A DNA stretch of 63,049 nucleotides, counting the filler, from Rhabdomonas costata (Eukaryota): NCBI GenBank assembly GCA_019059605.1. It is 51 parts of 51 records of this genome, joined end to end, with 100 filler letters (N's around TTAATTAATTAA, not from the genome) between each part and the next. Parts side by side here need not be neighbours in the genome. Positions count along the whole stretch, not along the records: positions 9,911 to 11,049 come from JAHMHO010026668.1; positions 11,150 to 12,287 come from JAHMHO010026669.1; positions 12,388 to 13,526 come from JAHMHO010026670.1; positions 13,627 to 14,765 come from JAHMHO010026671.1; positions 14,866 to 16,004 come from JAHMHO010026672.1; positions 16,105 to 17,243 come from JAHMHO010026673.1; positions 17,344 to 18,482 come from JAHMHO010026674.1; positions 18,583 to 19,712 come from JAHMHO010026675.1; 43 more parts are not named here. The stretch is one strand, 5' to 3'. The notes beneath the pieces were generated by a model that worked only from the letters and a program-made list of their open reading frames with translations, did no database searches and was not told the origin of the DNA. The position numbers and the translations under genes are program-made. Shown piece after piece: positions 10,795 to 22,464 of the stretch (position 1 is the first letter of the stretch; each line of letters starts with the position of its first letter).

Positions 10795-12508
10795 GTAAGC
10801 GGTTGCGAAGGGCACCCTTGGGCAGGAGTGTGATACAGGGTTGAGTTCATGCTATGACGTGCGCAATGCTATGATGTTTGCAATCTTGCAAAACGAAAAA
10901 AGTGAGTTTCCCACCTTCGCCTTGCCTCCTTTCAGTCCCCCTTTCCTCCTTGCCCTTTGCCGACTTATTCTTTACGTGGCTGTCTCAGCCCTCGTGCGCC
11001 CTTCTTCTCCCCAGGATCCCTGACGTACACTCTGTTGCTCAACCAACCCNNNNNNNNNNNNNNNNNNNNNNNNNNNNNNNNNNNNNNNNNNNNTTAATTA
11101 ATTAANNNNNNNNNNNNNNNNNNNNNNNNNNNNNNNNNNNNNNNNNNNNGTTTTGGGTTCGCAGTACGGGCATTCAACATTTCCTTCCGGAACTGGTGAA
11201 TGCCCGTACTGCGAACCCATAATCTCTTTTTTCTTCCAAAATCCCCTTGTGAAGGATCCAGTTTTAATAATCGAAACATTTCAAAGAAAGGAAAATTTTG
11301 GCATGAGGTTTTTCAACCGTGGCTTGGTGCCTAATAAAGACCATGACCGCAGCCATGGCGGGGAAACGGCTGGGTACAAAAAGGGGGCCGGAAAACAGAA
11401 AACACAACCCAACCGGTCACGTGGTGATGCACGCGAAAAAGATGCAAAAAGCATAGGGCGAGCATAACGGCTTTTACACGGGGAAAAACGGGCGCAACGC
11501 AGCCGACACAGACGAACAATAATATGTGAGCGGTGTGGCTGGAAAAGCGGGGGCAGTTCACCGGAGCTAAACGGGGAAAAGAACGGAGAAGATGAACACG
11601 GCCCAGTCTTAGCGTGCTGCGCTTGGGTGGTCCTGTTCAGCATTAACCGCTTCTCGTGGGCAGGGCTAGACTTCATGGAGCACTTGCTTTCTTCTCGTCT
11701 GCTTTGACAGTGCTTTACAATGCCGAGCAAACCGTGAATCGTAGTGGAAGCATAATTATCATCTTCGTTGAAAGAATCTGAGTTGTGTAATCCGGCGCAA
11801 GCGAGTTACGAGGGCAGGCCCCCATCTTTTATGATTCTTATAATTCACTATTTTGTAATAAGGTCACGTCGATTTTTGCAGATGTAGGGTTTTATTCTAG
11901 CAGCGTACACCCCAGAAAAAGCAAAACAAACTCTCGGCCATACACCTGATCTGTGGTTTGAAGACGCAACAGAAGCATAGTCACGGGGAAAACAGTAGCT
12001 TTGCTTAAAGCAGAATGACCTGAAGAATCCTAGCGCCCGTATCACTTCAATTTTTTCTGCATCGAGACCCGCGCCTCATCCAATTCCCGCATGAAGACAG
12101 TCTCCTTTTCTCGGCAGCGCTGAAGTTCAGCTAAATGGTGAGCGATCGCGAGGCGAGTGGTTCGCAGAGCAGCCGCACGGCGTCCTTGCAGCTGGCGAAT
12201 ATTATGGTCGGGCCCAGAAACAGAGCGACCCACTTCTTCAACTTGACTGGCCTGAAGCTGGAGAACAGCCTGCATAGCGAAAACAACNNNNNNNNNNNNN
12301 NNNNNNNNNNNNNNNNNNNNNNNNNNNNNNNTTAATTAATTAANNNNNNNNNNNNNNNNNNNNNNNNNNNNNNNNNNNNNNNNNNNNGTGTTGGGTGTGC
12401 TTGGGGTTTGGGGGGAAGGGGACCTCCAGTCCTCCCCAGAAAAATTCACCCCATTGCAAACTAAACGGAGTGTGTGCCGTTAACCGTGCACCTACCACCC
12501 ATTGGCAG

Positions 12509-13092
12509 GGATGTGGTTTGAGGAGATGATCAACAACCGCAACAAGAGCGTGGTCCGGGACTTGCGGTGGACCAGCGATGGGCAGAAGATCTGCATCGTC
12601 TACGAGGACGGTATGAATGCGTGTGCGCGTGCGGGGAAGGGGCGTGCCGCATGTTTGTGTGCCTGCCAAAGACTCGGTGATATGTGATATGTGTGAATCG
12701 GGAAGTTGGTTTCAATGAGCATTTCGAAGCGCACTTACGCGATCGCTTCCCCCTTGCTTCTGGCTGCCTACCTCGTTATGGGCAATGGAAAAAAGTCTAA
12801 CCAGCTAACGTGTTCCCTGAAATTCTTCACTGGCATGAAAAAGTTACGTTAAAACCAAGAACTTAATTTCCGTCTGAGGTGGAAGCAGAGGGCTTGTCAT
12901 AGATGACCCCCCCCCAAAAAAAAAGCACCCCCGTTGTATGCATTTCTGCGTCCATACGGGGATGCGTTTGTTATGGCTTTTCAGGGGCGGTGATTGTGGG
13001 TTCCGTGGATGGTAACCGGCTGTGGGGGAAGGAGCTGAAGAGGCAGCTCTCCCACGTGGAGTGGTCCCCGGATGGCCGATACATCCTCTTCG
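12509..13092 (+). CDS. WDR35: Intraflagellar transport protein IFT121/WDR35, exons 12509-12610 and 12985-13092
   Basis: [71 protein letters not shown] closely follows the WDR35 consensus. Confidence 0.95.
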
Positions 13093-13130
13093 GTATTCCC
13101 CCCTCCCTTTCTCGTTAACTCGTCTTCTCC

Positions 13131-13217
13131 CTGTGATCGCTCTGTACTCGTATATGCGCTTGCCCTCCCAGCATCCGCTGGAGGGCAAGCGCATATACGA
13201 GTACAGAGCGATCACAG
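13131..13217. repeat. Long intronic hairpin (37-bp perfect stem, 1-nt bulge, 4 bp, 4-nt loop)
   Basis: 13131-13167 is the reverse complement of 13181-13217. Confidence 0.9.
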
Positions 13218-13626
13218 TGAGAAAATCAGCATAACAATCCAGGCGGAATGAAAAAGAATCAAAAGTCAGAGAACCTTGATCTCCAGAAGACAAACGCATA
13301 CCAATGTACGTTCAGGTAGCCACAAATGAGGCACCTAGCCAAAAGCCAAAGCAGAGACTACAGTTGCGCACGCGACAGGAGGAAACACGGGTTGTTATGA
13401 GCTGATTCTTATTTGAAGGCATGCCGAAAAGCTTGCACCGACGCCGTTGTGTTATATCATGCGTCATGCTAGAATCGTGTATCCAAAGAGCACCCCTTTC
13501 AACGAAGAACCAGTAGATAACATGTTNNNNNNNNNNNNNNNNNNNNNNNNNNNNNNNNNNNNNNNNNNNNTTAATTAATTAANNNNNNNNNNNNNNNNNN
13601 NNNNNNNNNNNNNNNNNNNNNNNNNN

Positions 13627-13852
13627 GGTTTGGTGGGATGCACACCACCTCCGGGCACGCCGACAGGGCCTCGTACGCGGCCTGCATCCCACCAGACTTC
13701 TCCTCCGCAAACGCGGCGACAGCCGCGGCCACCGCGGGCGAGGTCAGGCCCCCTGCGGCCCCGGTAGTGGGCGGGGGAACACCTTCACTTCCCTCTGCTG
13801 CTACCGAGGATGAAGAGGGGCCCACCTGCTGTCCGGCCGGAATGTCCGCCAT
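13627..13852 (-). CDS. Probable first coding exon, Ala/Gly/Pro-rich unknown protein
   Basis: GC3-rich ORF MADIPAGQQV...YEALSACPEV, starting shortly after a pyrimidine tract and CAG. Confidence 0.4.
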
Positions 13853-15434
13853 CAGGGCTCCACCTCACACTGGGGAAAAGATGGGTGTGAGCGGGACACG
13901 AAATTATTTGCAAGGTCGACGTGAAGAAACCGGTAATGAGAACAAATCTGCGAAACAAGGAGAAGACGAGGAGGACTTCGCTTCTGGCGTGCAACGGAAG
14001 GAATCAATGAATTGACTCCTCGCTCAGTCAGTTGGACAGTTCGTCCCTCTTTATTTTTTTTCATGTCTTCGGGCTCGCGTGTGTCGAAAGTAATCATAAA
14101 CCTCAGAAGGATAGTTTGCCACTCACGTCAAGCTGTAAAGCCATACACCCAAGACATGCTGACCCAGGTGACACCAGCAAGTTCTGAGACCCCGAACTCT
14201 ATAAAATCAATCGTCCACAAACACGATAGGCTGACAGATTGACTGATTGATCAACTGATTGAAAACCGTCGTGTGGAACACCCGTGGGTGGCATTAGTTA
14301 TAGGGTTTTCTGGGGATTGGAGGCCACTCCCTCGAAACTCAAAAAAATTCATCCCCCCCCCCCGGCCCATTAATTAGCTCGGATACAAAACCCTAACCCA
14401 AAAACTGACTCTCTTGCGGCGAAACAGAAAAGGCAAAGACAGTCGGAACACCCCATCCAGCTTGGCACACCTTGAGCGTCAAATAAAACTCCACTAGCAA
14501 AAGAAGTGCAGCACAGGTCGTTTCCCACTCTTCAGTTGAAGAACACAATGGATCGCAGGAGCCTCTTAAACCTTGATCCCTATCCCAAAAAACTGTTCCA
14601 CCCCTTCCCTGCAGAAGGTTCTTCTGGCGACCCAAGGAAGGAGTCGGCCTCTCTGCGAAATCCTCAGTATTCTTTTTCATTGCTTGGATTCTCTGGGGAA
14701 ATGAGTGAAGGAGTGAGTACGACTCGGGATGAGAGTGAGCCGACTACTTCACTCATTTCCCCACANNNNNNNNNNNNNNNNNNNNNNNNNNNNNNNNNNN
14801 NNNNNNNNNTTAATTAATTAANNNNNNNNNNNNNNNNNNNNNNNNNNNNNNNNNNNNNNNNNNNNTGTGTTGTGTGTTTGGTTGTTTTTGTTGTCCTCCT
14901 TTATTTTTTTCGTTTTCGTTCATTCAGGTGCTCGCGGGTTCGGAGCGGTGTGGTGCTCCGCAGGACCAGCTGTCCCAGAGGAGCAGCGTTCGCACCGAGA
15001 TGGTCTCTCTTTCGTCGCCTTTCCATCGCGCACCTTATTGAACTCGAAGGAACTCGTCGTTTTTGCTAAGACAGCATTCTGGGTTTGGCTGCACGCGCTG
15101 CAGCCATCGATAACTCTGTGCTCTCAAGGATTGCTCGCGCAGAGTTGTGCCTCCCCTGCAGCCCGCGAAGGAAGGCAAGGCCTTGATATCCTTCAGTTCG
15201 GTGCAGAGCCCTCGTTGCTGTTTACTTGAAGCTACGCTGAAATTACAGGGACTCTGGGTGCGCTCCCGCCTTACTTCTGCTTCTGCTTCTGGAGTGTTGC
15301 GCATGCCGATTGTGTATGCGTGGCAAGAGGTTCACGGAGATACAGGAACCCGCGTTCGCGGCGTTTCCTTGGTGGTTCCCTTGGTGAGGTCCATCCTCCC
15401 GTGTATGTCACGACCCTTCCCATTTTCGGGTGCA

Positions 15435-15642
15435 GTCGTCGATGCAGAGCGCTCGGTCCCCGCGGTGGGCCCCAGCCCCTCTCCCGGTGGTGATGCTGAA
15501 GTGCCGCTCGATGAACCGCTCCAAGCTCAGCTTCACCGCCCCGGCCGTCCCTGTGCTGCACACTGCGCTCTCAGTGGCGATCAGCCTCACCGGGCGCTCG
15601 TACACCGCCCGCGTGCTTCGCGTGGGTCGGGCCCTGGTGCAG
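15435..15642 (+). CDS. Exon, possible IPT/TIG-like beta domain
   Basis: GC3-rich LKCRSMNRSKLSFTAPAVPVLHTALSVAISLTGRSYT...LVQ ending at a GTATCT donor; 5' boundary uncertain. Confidence 0.4.
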
Positions 15643-17017
15643 GTATCTCCCCCCCTCTCACGTCTCCGGGACCCGGGTCTCATTCATGCAAAAAGCAGGG
15701 GTTGCCCCCTTGCTGTAGGGCGAGCCGACAACATTTGTGGACTCTTGGGTGACCGTTGAATTGTCGCTGGATGTGAGGATGAATGGCGGAAAGGGAAGCC
15801 AAGAGAAATACTGAACCAACGAACGACCACATTGAGAGGGGCTGCAGGAGGCAGCGTCGTCATTACCGCCAATCAGCAATTGTCATACCAACGTCCCATT
15901 TACCCCCCCCCCTTTCCTTTCACAGGGTGTTCCGCGCCAGCATTACCAGCGCTGCTTCCACTTCCACTTTCACTTCCACTTCGGCTTCGGCTTCGGCTTA
16001 GGGTNNNNNNNNNNNNNNNNNNNNNNNNNNNNNNNNNNNNNNNNNNNNTTAATTAATTAANNNNNNNNNNNNNNNNNNNNNNNNNNNNNNNNNNNNNNNN
16101 NNNNTGTGGTTGTGACTTTTCCTGTCAAAGCGGAGAGAGTATTGCTGTTCCAATTCATTACCATGGCGAATGCAAACTATACCCAAACAAATCTACCATA
16201 CCACCCACCACAGAATTGCTGTGCACGCCATCACAATGTCCAACTCGATGTTAATGGACGGATGGCACGAAATCAATGGATATCGACCCCAAGGGACCGG
16301 GGTCAATACATTACCTGATCACGGCACGAAATTGCAAACTAATGGCATCTAAATTTCGGACGGTTCACGATGTTCACGTAAGCCGCCGGATGTCCGAATG
16401 ATGTACGGACACTTTCAGCCACGAGGAAAACAACATTCATCAACATCAGCCACCTGAGATTGCGGACCAATTGTCGGGTATTTTTTCCTGCTAAACGCTG
16501 ATAAAAGAAGAGGCCAGTGGTTCGGTGTTTTTGACTCGCGCAATGCAGTGACGACTGAAATGGTTCGAAATGTCATCACATCTTTCGGATGAAACTCTTG
16601 GCCACAGCAACACCCGCAAAAAAGAAGAACATGCCCGCGGGAACAAGCATAGCCGCGAGGTAAACACGGCGCTGAAACTTCGTCACAGGGGTGGAACATT
16701 TTCGCGATAAAATCTCCAGCTCATGGGAACATTGCCGTAGCCTGCTGATGGATTCAGAAGCCTGCAATTGAGGTTTTTGGGCCATCGCTAGGCGAGCGCG
16801 GAAATATCCAAAAGTGGGGATCAAACCAAGAGTGGCTTGACACACAAACCACCTCCATGACCCCGACAGGTCTTTCGCTGAAAAGGCATTTAGCCATGTC
16901 TTAAACAGATAGTTAACATATAATCAGGGAAAGGAAATAAATACATAGCAAAAAGGTCGGAACATGAAACCGAAGCAGACATTTCCGAACTTAGAGCGAA
17001 GGAATGCAGGAGAACCA

Positions 17018-17048
<31 letters not shown>

Positions 17049-18702
17049 ACCACTGACTCCCAAGCCCCAGAGAGGCCTCCCATCTGCATTATAGGTCCAG
17101 TATTTCATCCGGAACATGAAACCACGTGCAAACCCTCAACACAACCTCCAGATTGAATGCACGAACAATCCATCGAGCGACAAAGTAAATCGAACGCCTG
17201 TTCGCACAGGCATCCCCACAGCATCAAGCTAAAGTACACCCCCNNNNNNNNNNNNNNNNNNNNNNNNNNNNNNNNNNNNNNNNNNNNTTAATTAATTAAN
17301 NNNNNNNNNNNNNNNNNNNNNNNNNNNNNNNNNNNNNNNNNNNGTTTTTTGGGTAAAATTCTCGTGGACACCTGTTAGCACAGGAGCTACCGCAGATAAC
17401 TGCAGTTGCACCACAAATACGACAGGCCATGACAAGAGCAAACCCCCGTATTCGTGCAGCTAGGGGGAACCATCCTCCAGGATGCAAACCAGAAGTGAGG
17501 TGTGTGCCTGTGTGTGTGTGTGTGTGTTTGCAAATGAAATTGAAGCTGATTTGAACGGAAACCGAAAGGAAGAGGAGGACGGGGGGTCCAGATTGGTGCA
17601 CGCTCGCGGGGACAATGGGGGGAAGGAGTGGGAAATATGACAGTTACCTGGGTGTACGCCCCGAAGCCCACGGAGGTGTGGGTGTTGGGGACTAGAGTGT
17701 ACCCCGCGGTGCTTGTAGAGCTGAGCACGGCGGAGGCTTTGGCCCGGGCGGCGGCCACAGGGTGGGCGGTGGCAGGCTGCCGCAGAGTGATGCGAGGGCT
17801 CGAGAACAGCGCTTTGGGGGGAGGGAATTAAAACACATTGAAATCCCCGTACTCCACCATCCAAACAAAGAGAACGCTGGTCCACAAAGCACACAAATAC
17901 ACCGAAGGCATGCCGTGACATGGTAAATGGTATGGTTATGTGCACCCACCCCGATCGAGTGCAAAGCACACTTCATTCCGCTGGGATCCAATAAAAACCT
18001 GCGCTGAGGTTATAATGACGTGATTCCCATCCGCACACGAACGCGAACAACTGACGCTGGGGTGGGGTCGGGGGAGAAATCGTCAGGACATAGAACTCTG
18101 TACGCGATTTACGTGCCCTGCTGAGGCAAGTCCGACATTGATCGGGATGAATGGGATCGGATTTCATTGTCACTCAATGGGTCAGGCCACCAACACCAGA
18201 ACTACGGCTCCAAAAATGCAGCCGGCATCCGATAGATAGAATGAGGGTTGGGGGGCGGGGAAGAAGGCCACCTGAGTTGACTAAAAACTCGGGTTTTGGA
18301 GAGTCGCAGCGGTACGCCAACAAAAGTTTGTTGTCCACCGCGTACTCTGCACAAGCCTGCGGAGGCACCGCGCAGGAAATGGGTGAAAGAAAGGAGGCAC
18401 GGAGGGAAAGGGAATAGCAAATAAATTTCCGACTTTCTACATCCACTACATCCCAAACGCAGACAGGCACATACACACCCACNNNNNNNNNNNNNNNNNN
18501 NNNNNNNNNNNNNNNNNNNNNNNNNNTTAATTAATTAANNNNNNNNNNNNNNNNNNNNNNNNNNNNNNNNNNNNNNNNNNNNTGAGTTAGGAGTGTTTGG
18601 GTTGATTGTTTTTTTTTCTGACTTTCGGACGCGACGAATTTTCAATTCGAACAAAGACTCCGCTTTGGAGCATTCTCACCCCGCAAATTTTGATTTGGTC
18701 AG

Positions 18703-19429
18703 GTTTGTGGTTACGTACGTCAACCTGGCCCTCACGGGACACCCGTCCAGCACCGCGGTGCAGATCAAGCTGTTCTCCACGGGAACGGTGGAGGTGCACA
18801 TGCCCTTTGCGGTGGGGTTGTCGGGGTGCGGGTGCGGAGTCTCGGTGTGCGTTGGACTGGAGGCCTCCGCCGCTAGCTCCGCGCTGCAGTACCTGTTCAC
18901 CTCCTCGGACATCTCAGCGTTTGCAGTCTCCTTCAACGGTAGGTACATCATGTCGAGTTGCACCCCTTCTTCGCTCGCTCACGGGAAAGTATTCGCATTG
19001 CACTCCCAAAGCACTCCAGAGATACGACCTGGTTGGAAGAGAGAAGAGGAGAGAAAGACCAAAAAAACTGAGGAGGGTGCAAAAGATGCTTTGACTGGTG
19101 TGGCAATCCCTCCAAGAATCCTGGCCGGGGTCCAAGCCGGTCCAGTAAGATATTGCGCCCTCCAGATTGTGCCATTTACCCCTCATTGCACAACAGCATA
19201 GCAGCATAGCGGAGTTCATGAGCACGGATGTGCTCTGTCTTGCTTCACTGCACTTGCTTCACGCGCACACTCACAGTGGCCAACTGTGTGGTGCAGTACG
19301 GCCCCTGGAGTCCGTGCACGGTTACCTGCGGCGGGGGAACCCAGACCCGCACCAGCGTTGTGGTGAAGCCGGGGACGGGGTGCCCGCCCGCCACGGAGAC
19401 GCAGCCCTGCAATCCCAACCCGTGTCCAG
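18703..19429 (+). CDS. Extracellular protein with thrombospondin type-1 (spondin-like) repeat; exons 18703-18938 and 19277-19429
   Basis: In-frame phase-1 join; NCVVQYGPWSPCTVTCGGGTQTRTSVVVKPGTGCPPATETQPCNPNPCP matches the TSP1 consensus. Confidence 0.88.
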
Positions 19430-20106
19430 GCCTGCCTGCCTTTTCCTCTTTTGTTGCGTTGCTTTGAATTATTGAGGTATTGAGGTATTTCAAGCATCAC
19501 CTCAGCTGTAGAGGGCTAAGTCGAAGCAGGCCTGGGGTCTTTTGTATATACAGCAGGCCTCCCGAAACGCTGCGTGGCCGGTCCTTGGGGTCAGGAGAGT
19601 CCCGACCTTTCACCCTCGGCCGGTGGTGTTGCCCCTTGGCGGCTCTTTCGTAACCCTTTTGCGCCGCTTCTTGCCCCACGCAGCGGAAGGTTTACGACAC
19701 ACCCACAACACANNNNNNNNNNNNNNNNNNNNNNNNNNNNNNNNNNNNNNNNNNNNTTAATTAATTAANNNNNNNNNNNNNNNNNNNNNNNNNNNNNNNN
19801 NNNNNNNNNNNNGTTTTTTTGTTAAAGGCCGTAACCTTCTCTCGTTGGAAAGCATTCTTGTGCTTCTAAGGTAAGTTGGAAAGACAGGGTTGGCTTCAGG
19901 GACTTCATAGGTTAGCCTTAAAATAGTCCTTTTTTTGTAGCGGCTGAAGAGGGGAACGAGCGTGTTTGCCGTCGCCTAGCACATTTTCAGTGGAGCGGGC
20001 CAAGATTCTAGGTATTTAGGGGAGAAAAGCTTTTTCACCTTCTAAGTCTTATATAATGCCTATAATGGGATATTGTAGCCATTATACTATAATATCATTA
20101 TAGTAC

Positions 20107-20245
20107 TGGGGCTCATTCAAGAACTCCATGAGAGGGATGAAGTCTCTCCGTCGCGAGCACCAGCCCTTTTACTTGGCGGAGTTCGCTTGGAGGCACAATG
20201 CAAGCATCCGCAACCCCTTGATGAGCCTTTTCGAACAGATTTTGA
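20107..20245 (+). mobile_element. Merlin / IS1595(ISXO2)-like DDE transposase C-terminal remnant
   Basis: WGSFKNSMRGMKSLRREHQPFYLAEFAWRHNA...LFEQI fits the family C-terminal W..K...RG.....H...YL.EF.WR.N motif; 5' part absent. Confidence 0.7.
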
Positions 20246-20742
20246 CTCCTCTGGGCTTGTACAGTGAGGACAAAACTCTCATGGACAATCTCTCTTCTCT
20301 CTCGATCCCAGCGGCTTTTCCTTCTGTGGTACACTCTTGGAGTTGTGCCTAATATTCTAATTATTGGGCGAAGAGGGGTGGGCCACACCATATGCCCAAT
20401 TTTTAGCCAAGATATCCGAGAGGAAATTAACAGATTCACACGAGCCGATGTACATATCACCGGGTTATTTGTCTTGGAGTCTCATTGCTATTCATCTCAT
20501 CTCAGCAACGGGAGCGATTGTTTGCAGCCCTGAAAGTCGCCCGTATCTCTCTCCTCATGTTCGCTGGATGCATTGAGAGCTGGAGGTAGGGTGCCGGCAC
20601 TGGTAGCGGAATACGGGTGCTGTTTTGAGTGGTCCTGTCAACTTTTCACCCCAAATACATAGCATTCTGGGCCCTAGTAACTTTCCCTTCGCGTGCACAC
20701 GCACACGTGTGCTTCCTGCGGTACGTAATTATTTGTGTGCAG

Positions 20743-20928
20743 CGGTCTTTGTGGGGGATGCCAATGGGGGATGCGGTGCCGCCGTGGGGCCGTTCTCGCT
20801 GCAACTGGACAGCAGCAGCAACTACTCGGGCTCGTTTCCCTTCTCGGCCTCAAGCAGTGGCCTGTTCACCGTCTGCCTCACTACAATGGACGGACAGCCA
20901 CTGGAGAGCGTGGAGAATGCCTTTCAAG
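20743..20928 (+). CDS. Exon of unknown, probably extracellular protein
   Basis: CAG...GT bounded, GC3-rich VFVGDANGGCGAAVGPF...GLFTVCLTT. Confidence 0.45.
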
Positions 20929-21253
20929 GTTTCCCCTCCCCCCTTCCCTGTNNNNNNNNNNNNNNNNNNNNNNNNNNNNNNNNNNNNNNNNNNNNTTAAT
21001 TAATTAANNNNNNNNNNNNNNNNNNNNNNNNNNNNNNNNNNNNNNNNNNNNGGGGTGGTTGAAGGTGTAATTGTGTTGGGGTAATTGTGTTTGACAAGTG
21101 GAACAGGTGTATTTTTCTTGGAGGCCAGCGCGGCCCGGGGGACCAGGAGGGGAGAGGGACAGTGCAGGATGATTGTTATGGTTTTCTGGTGTGGTGGGCG
21201 GCAAGGGAGTTGAAGAGACAGAATGAAGGGAATCTAGCAGCATACTGCACAAA

Positions 21254-21920
21254 TCAACGTGAGAAGTGCACACCCTTCTTAGGGGAGGGCTTGCCACCGT
21301 GGACCTCAGCGATCTTCGGCTCTGCCGGTGTGCCGCGTGGTGGTGAGGGCACTGCGCTGCCTGACTTCCGGAGCTGCTCCGCCTCACTCTCCTCCCTCCG
21401 GCGCTGCTCTCTTTCCGCGCGGACTGCACAGAGCCGCTCTAGTGAACCCTTCACGGCGTTGAGCTCCTCCCCGGAGGCCTTTGTGAGCTCAGCGTTCTGT
21501 GCCCATGGGAGTGAGAGGACAAACTTTCCTGCAATGTTGTTCAACTGTCTTGCAGACCCTGTTCTTGCCTGAGCGGTTTTCATGAAACGGGAAATCAGTT
21601 TGTTTCTGCAATGTTCGACAATAGGAAAATAGATCTGCCTGTGGTGGCTGCTCGTCCAACGGCGAGGGTTCGGAGGTAACATCAAGAGCGGCGTTAACAG
21701 CGTGTCGGGTGGTGACATTGTCCACATTGTACATTGTGGACTGAGTGGCGATTTCTGAGAATGACAAACCGCCCAAATAAAACTTACACTGCACATTGTG
21801 CACCTCACATGCAGGTGTAATGTGAACCCCAAATAAGCAAACATTCCTTCAACGCATCGGAGAGGTCCTGAATGGCTACCTCCAGCTTGTACAGCCCCTG
21901 CCCATCCCGAGCGAGACCTA
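21254..21920 (-). CDS. Multi-exon 3' end of unknown coiled-coil protein
   Basis: Exon-like blocks GLARDGQGLYKLEVAIQDLSDALKE, IATQSTMY...DEQPPQ and ARTGSARQLNN...ERLCAVRAEREQRRREE...HFSR*. Confidence 0.45.
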
Positions 21921-22355
21921 CACAAATAAGGAACAATAGAAAGAACGCCCCATCCACCCAAACGGCCACCGATCGGAGCAAACCACCACTTGGATAAAAA
22001 GTCTCTGTGGTTGGAATATGGGAATATTGCTTGCTCACTGCAAAAACCCGAATCACCACAGGCATTACGAGCATCAGCACTGATCGCAACTGTATATTTC
22101 TCCCCTCCAATTGAGAAATCGCCACAACCATCAGATTATCTGCATCCCGATCCACCCCACCCAATGTACGACATTACACACCCACACACANNNNNNNNNN
22201 NNNNNNNNNNNNNNNNNNNNNNNNNNNNNNNNNNTTAATTAATTAANNNNNNNNNNNNNNNNNNNNNNNNNNNNNNNNNNNNNNNNNNNNGGTTTTGTTA
22301 TAAAAAATATGTTTTTGATATATTATTTGTTTATTTTCTTACACAAAAACAAACA

Positions 22356-22409
22356 ATATATAACAACGTTAGAGAAATATTTTTTTATTTCACTAACGTT
22401 GTTATATAT
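22356..22409 (-). terminator. Long palindromic hairpin about 55 nt downstream of the D5-like gene
   Basis: ATATATAACAACGTTAG-a-GAAATA-tttttt-TATTTC-a-CTAACGTTGTTATATAT: 23 bp with one mismatch. Confidence 0.6.
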
Positions 22410-22464
22410 ATATCAATCAACAAATTTTGTAGTTATTTTTTTATAAAATTAAATATCATGTAAT

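Noticed and set aside
11155-11218. GECPYCEPI as a FANCL-like RING end
   Set aside because: Too short, and it lies within a 22-bp terminal fold-back with no supporting upstream motif.
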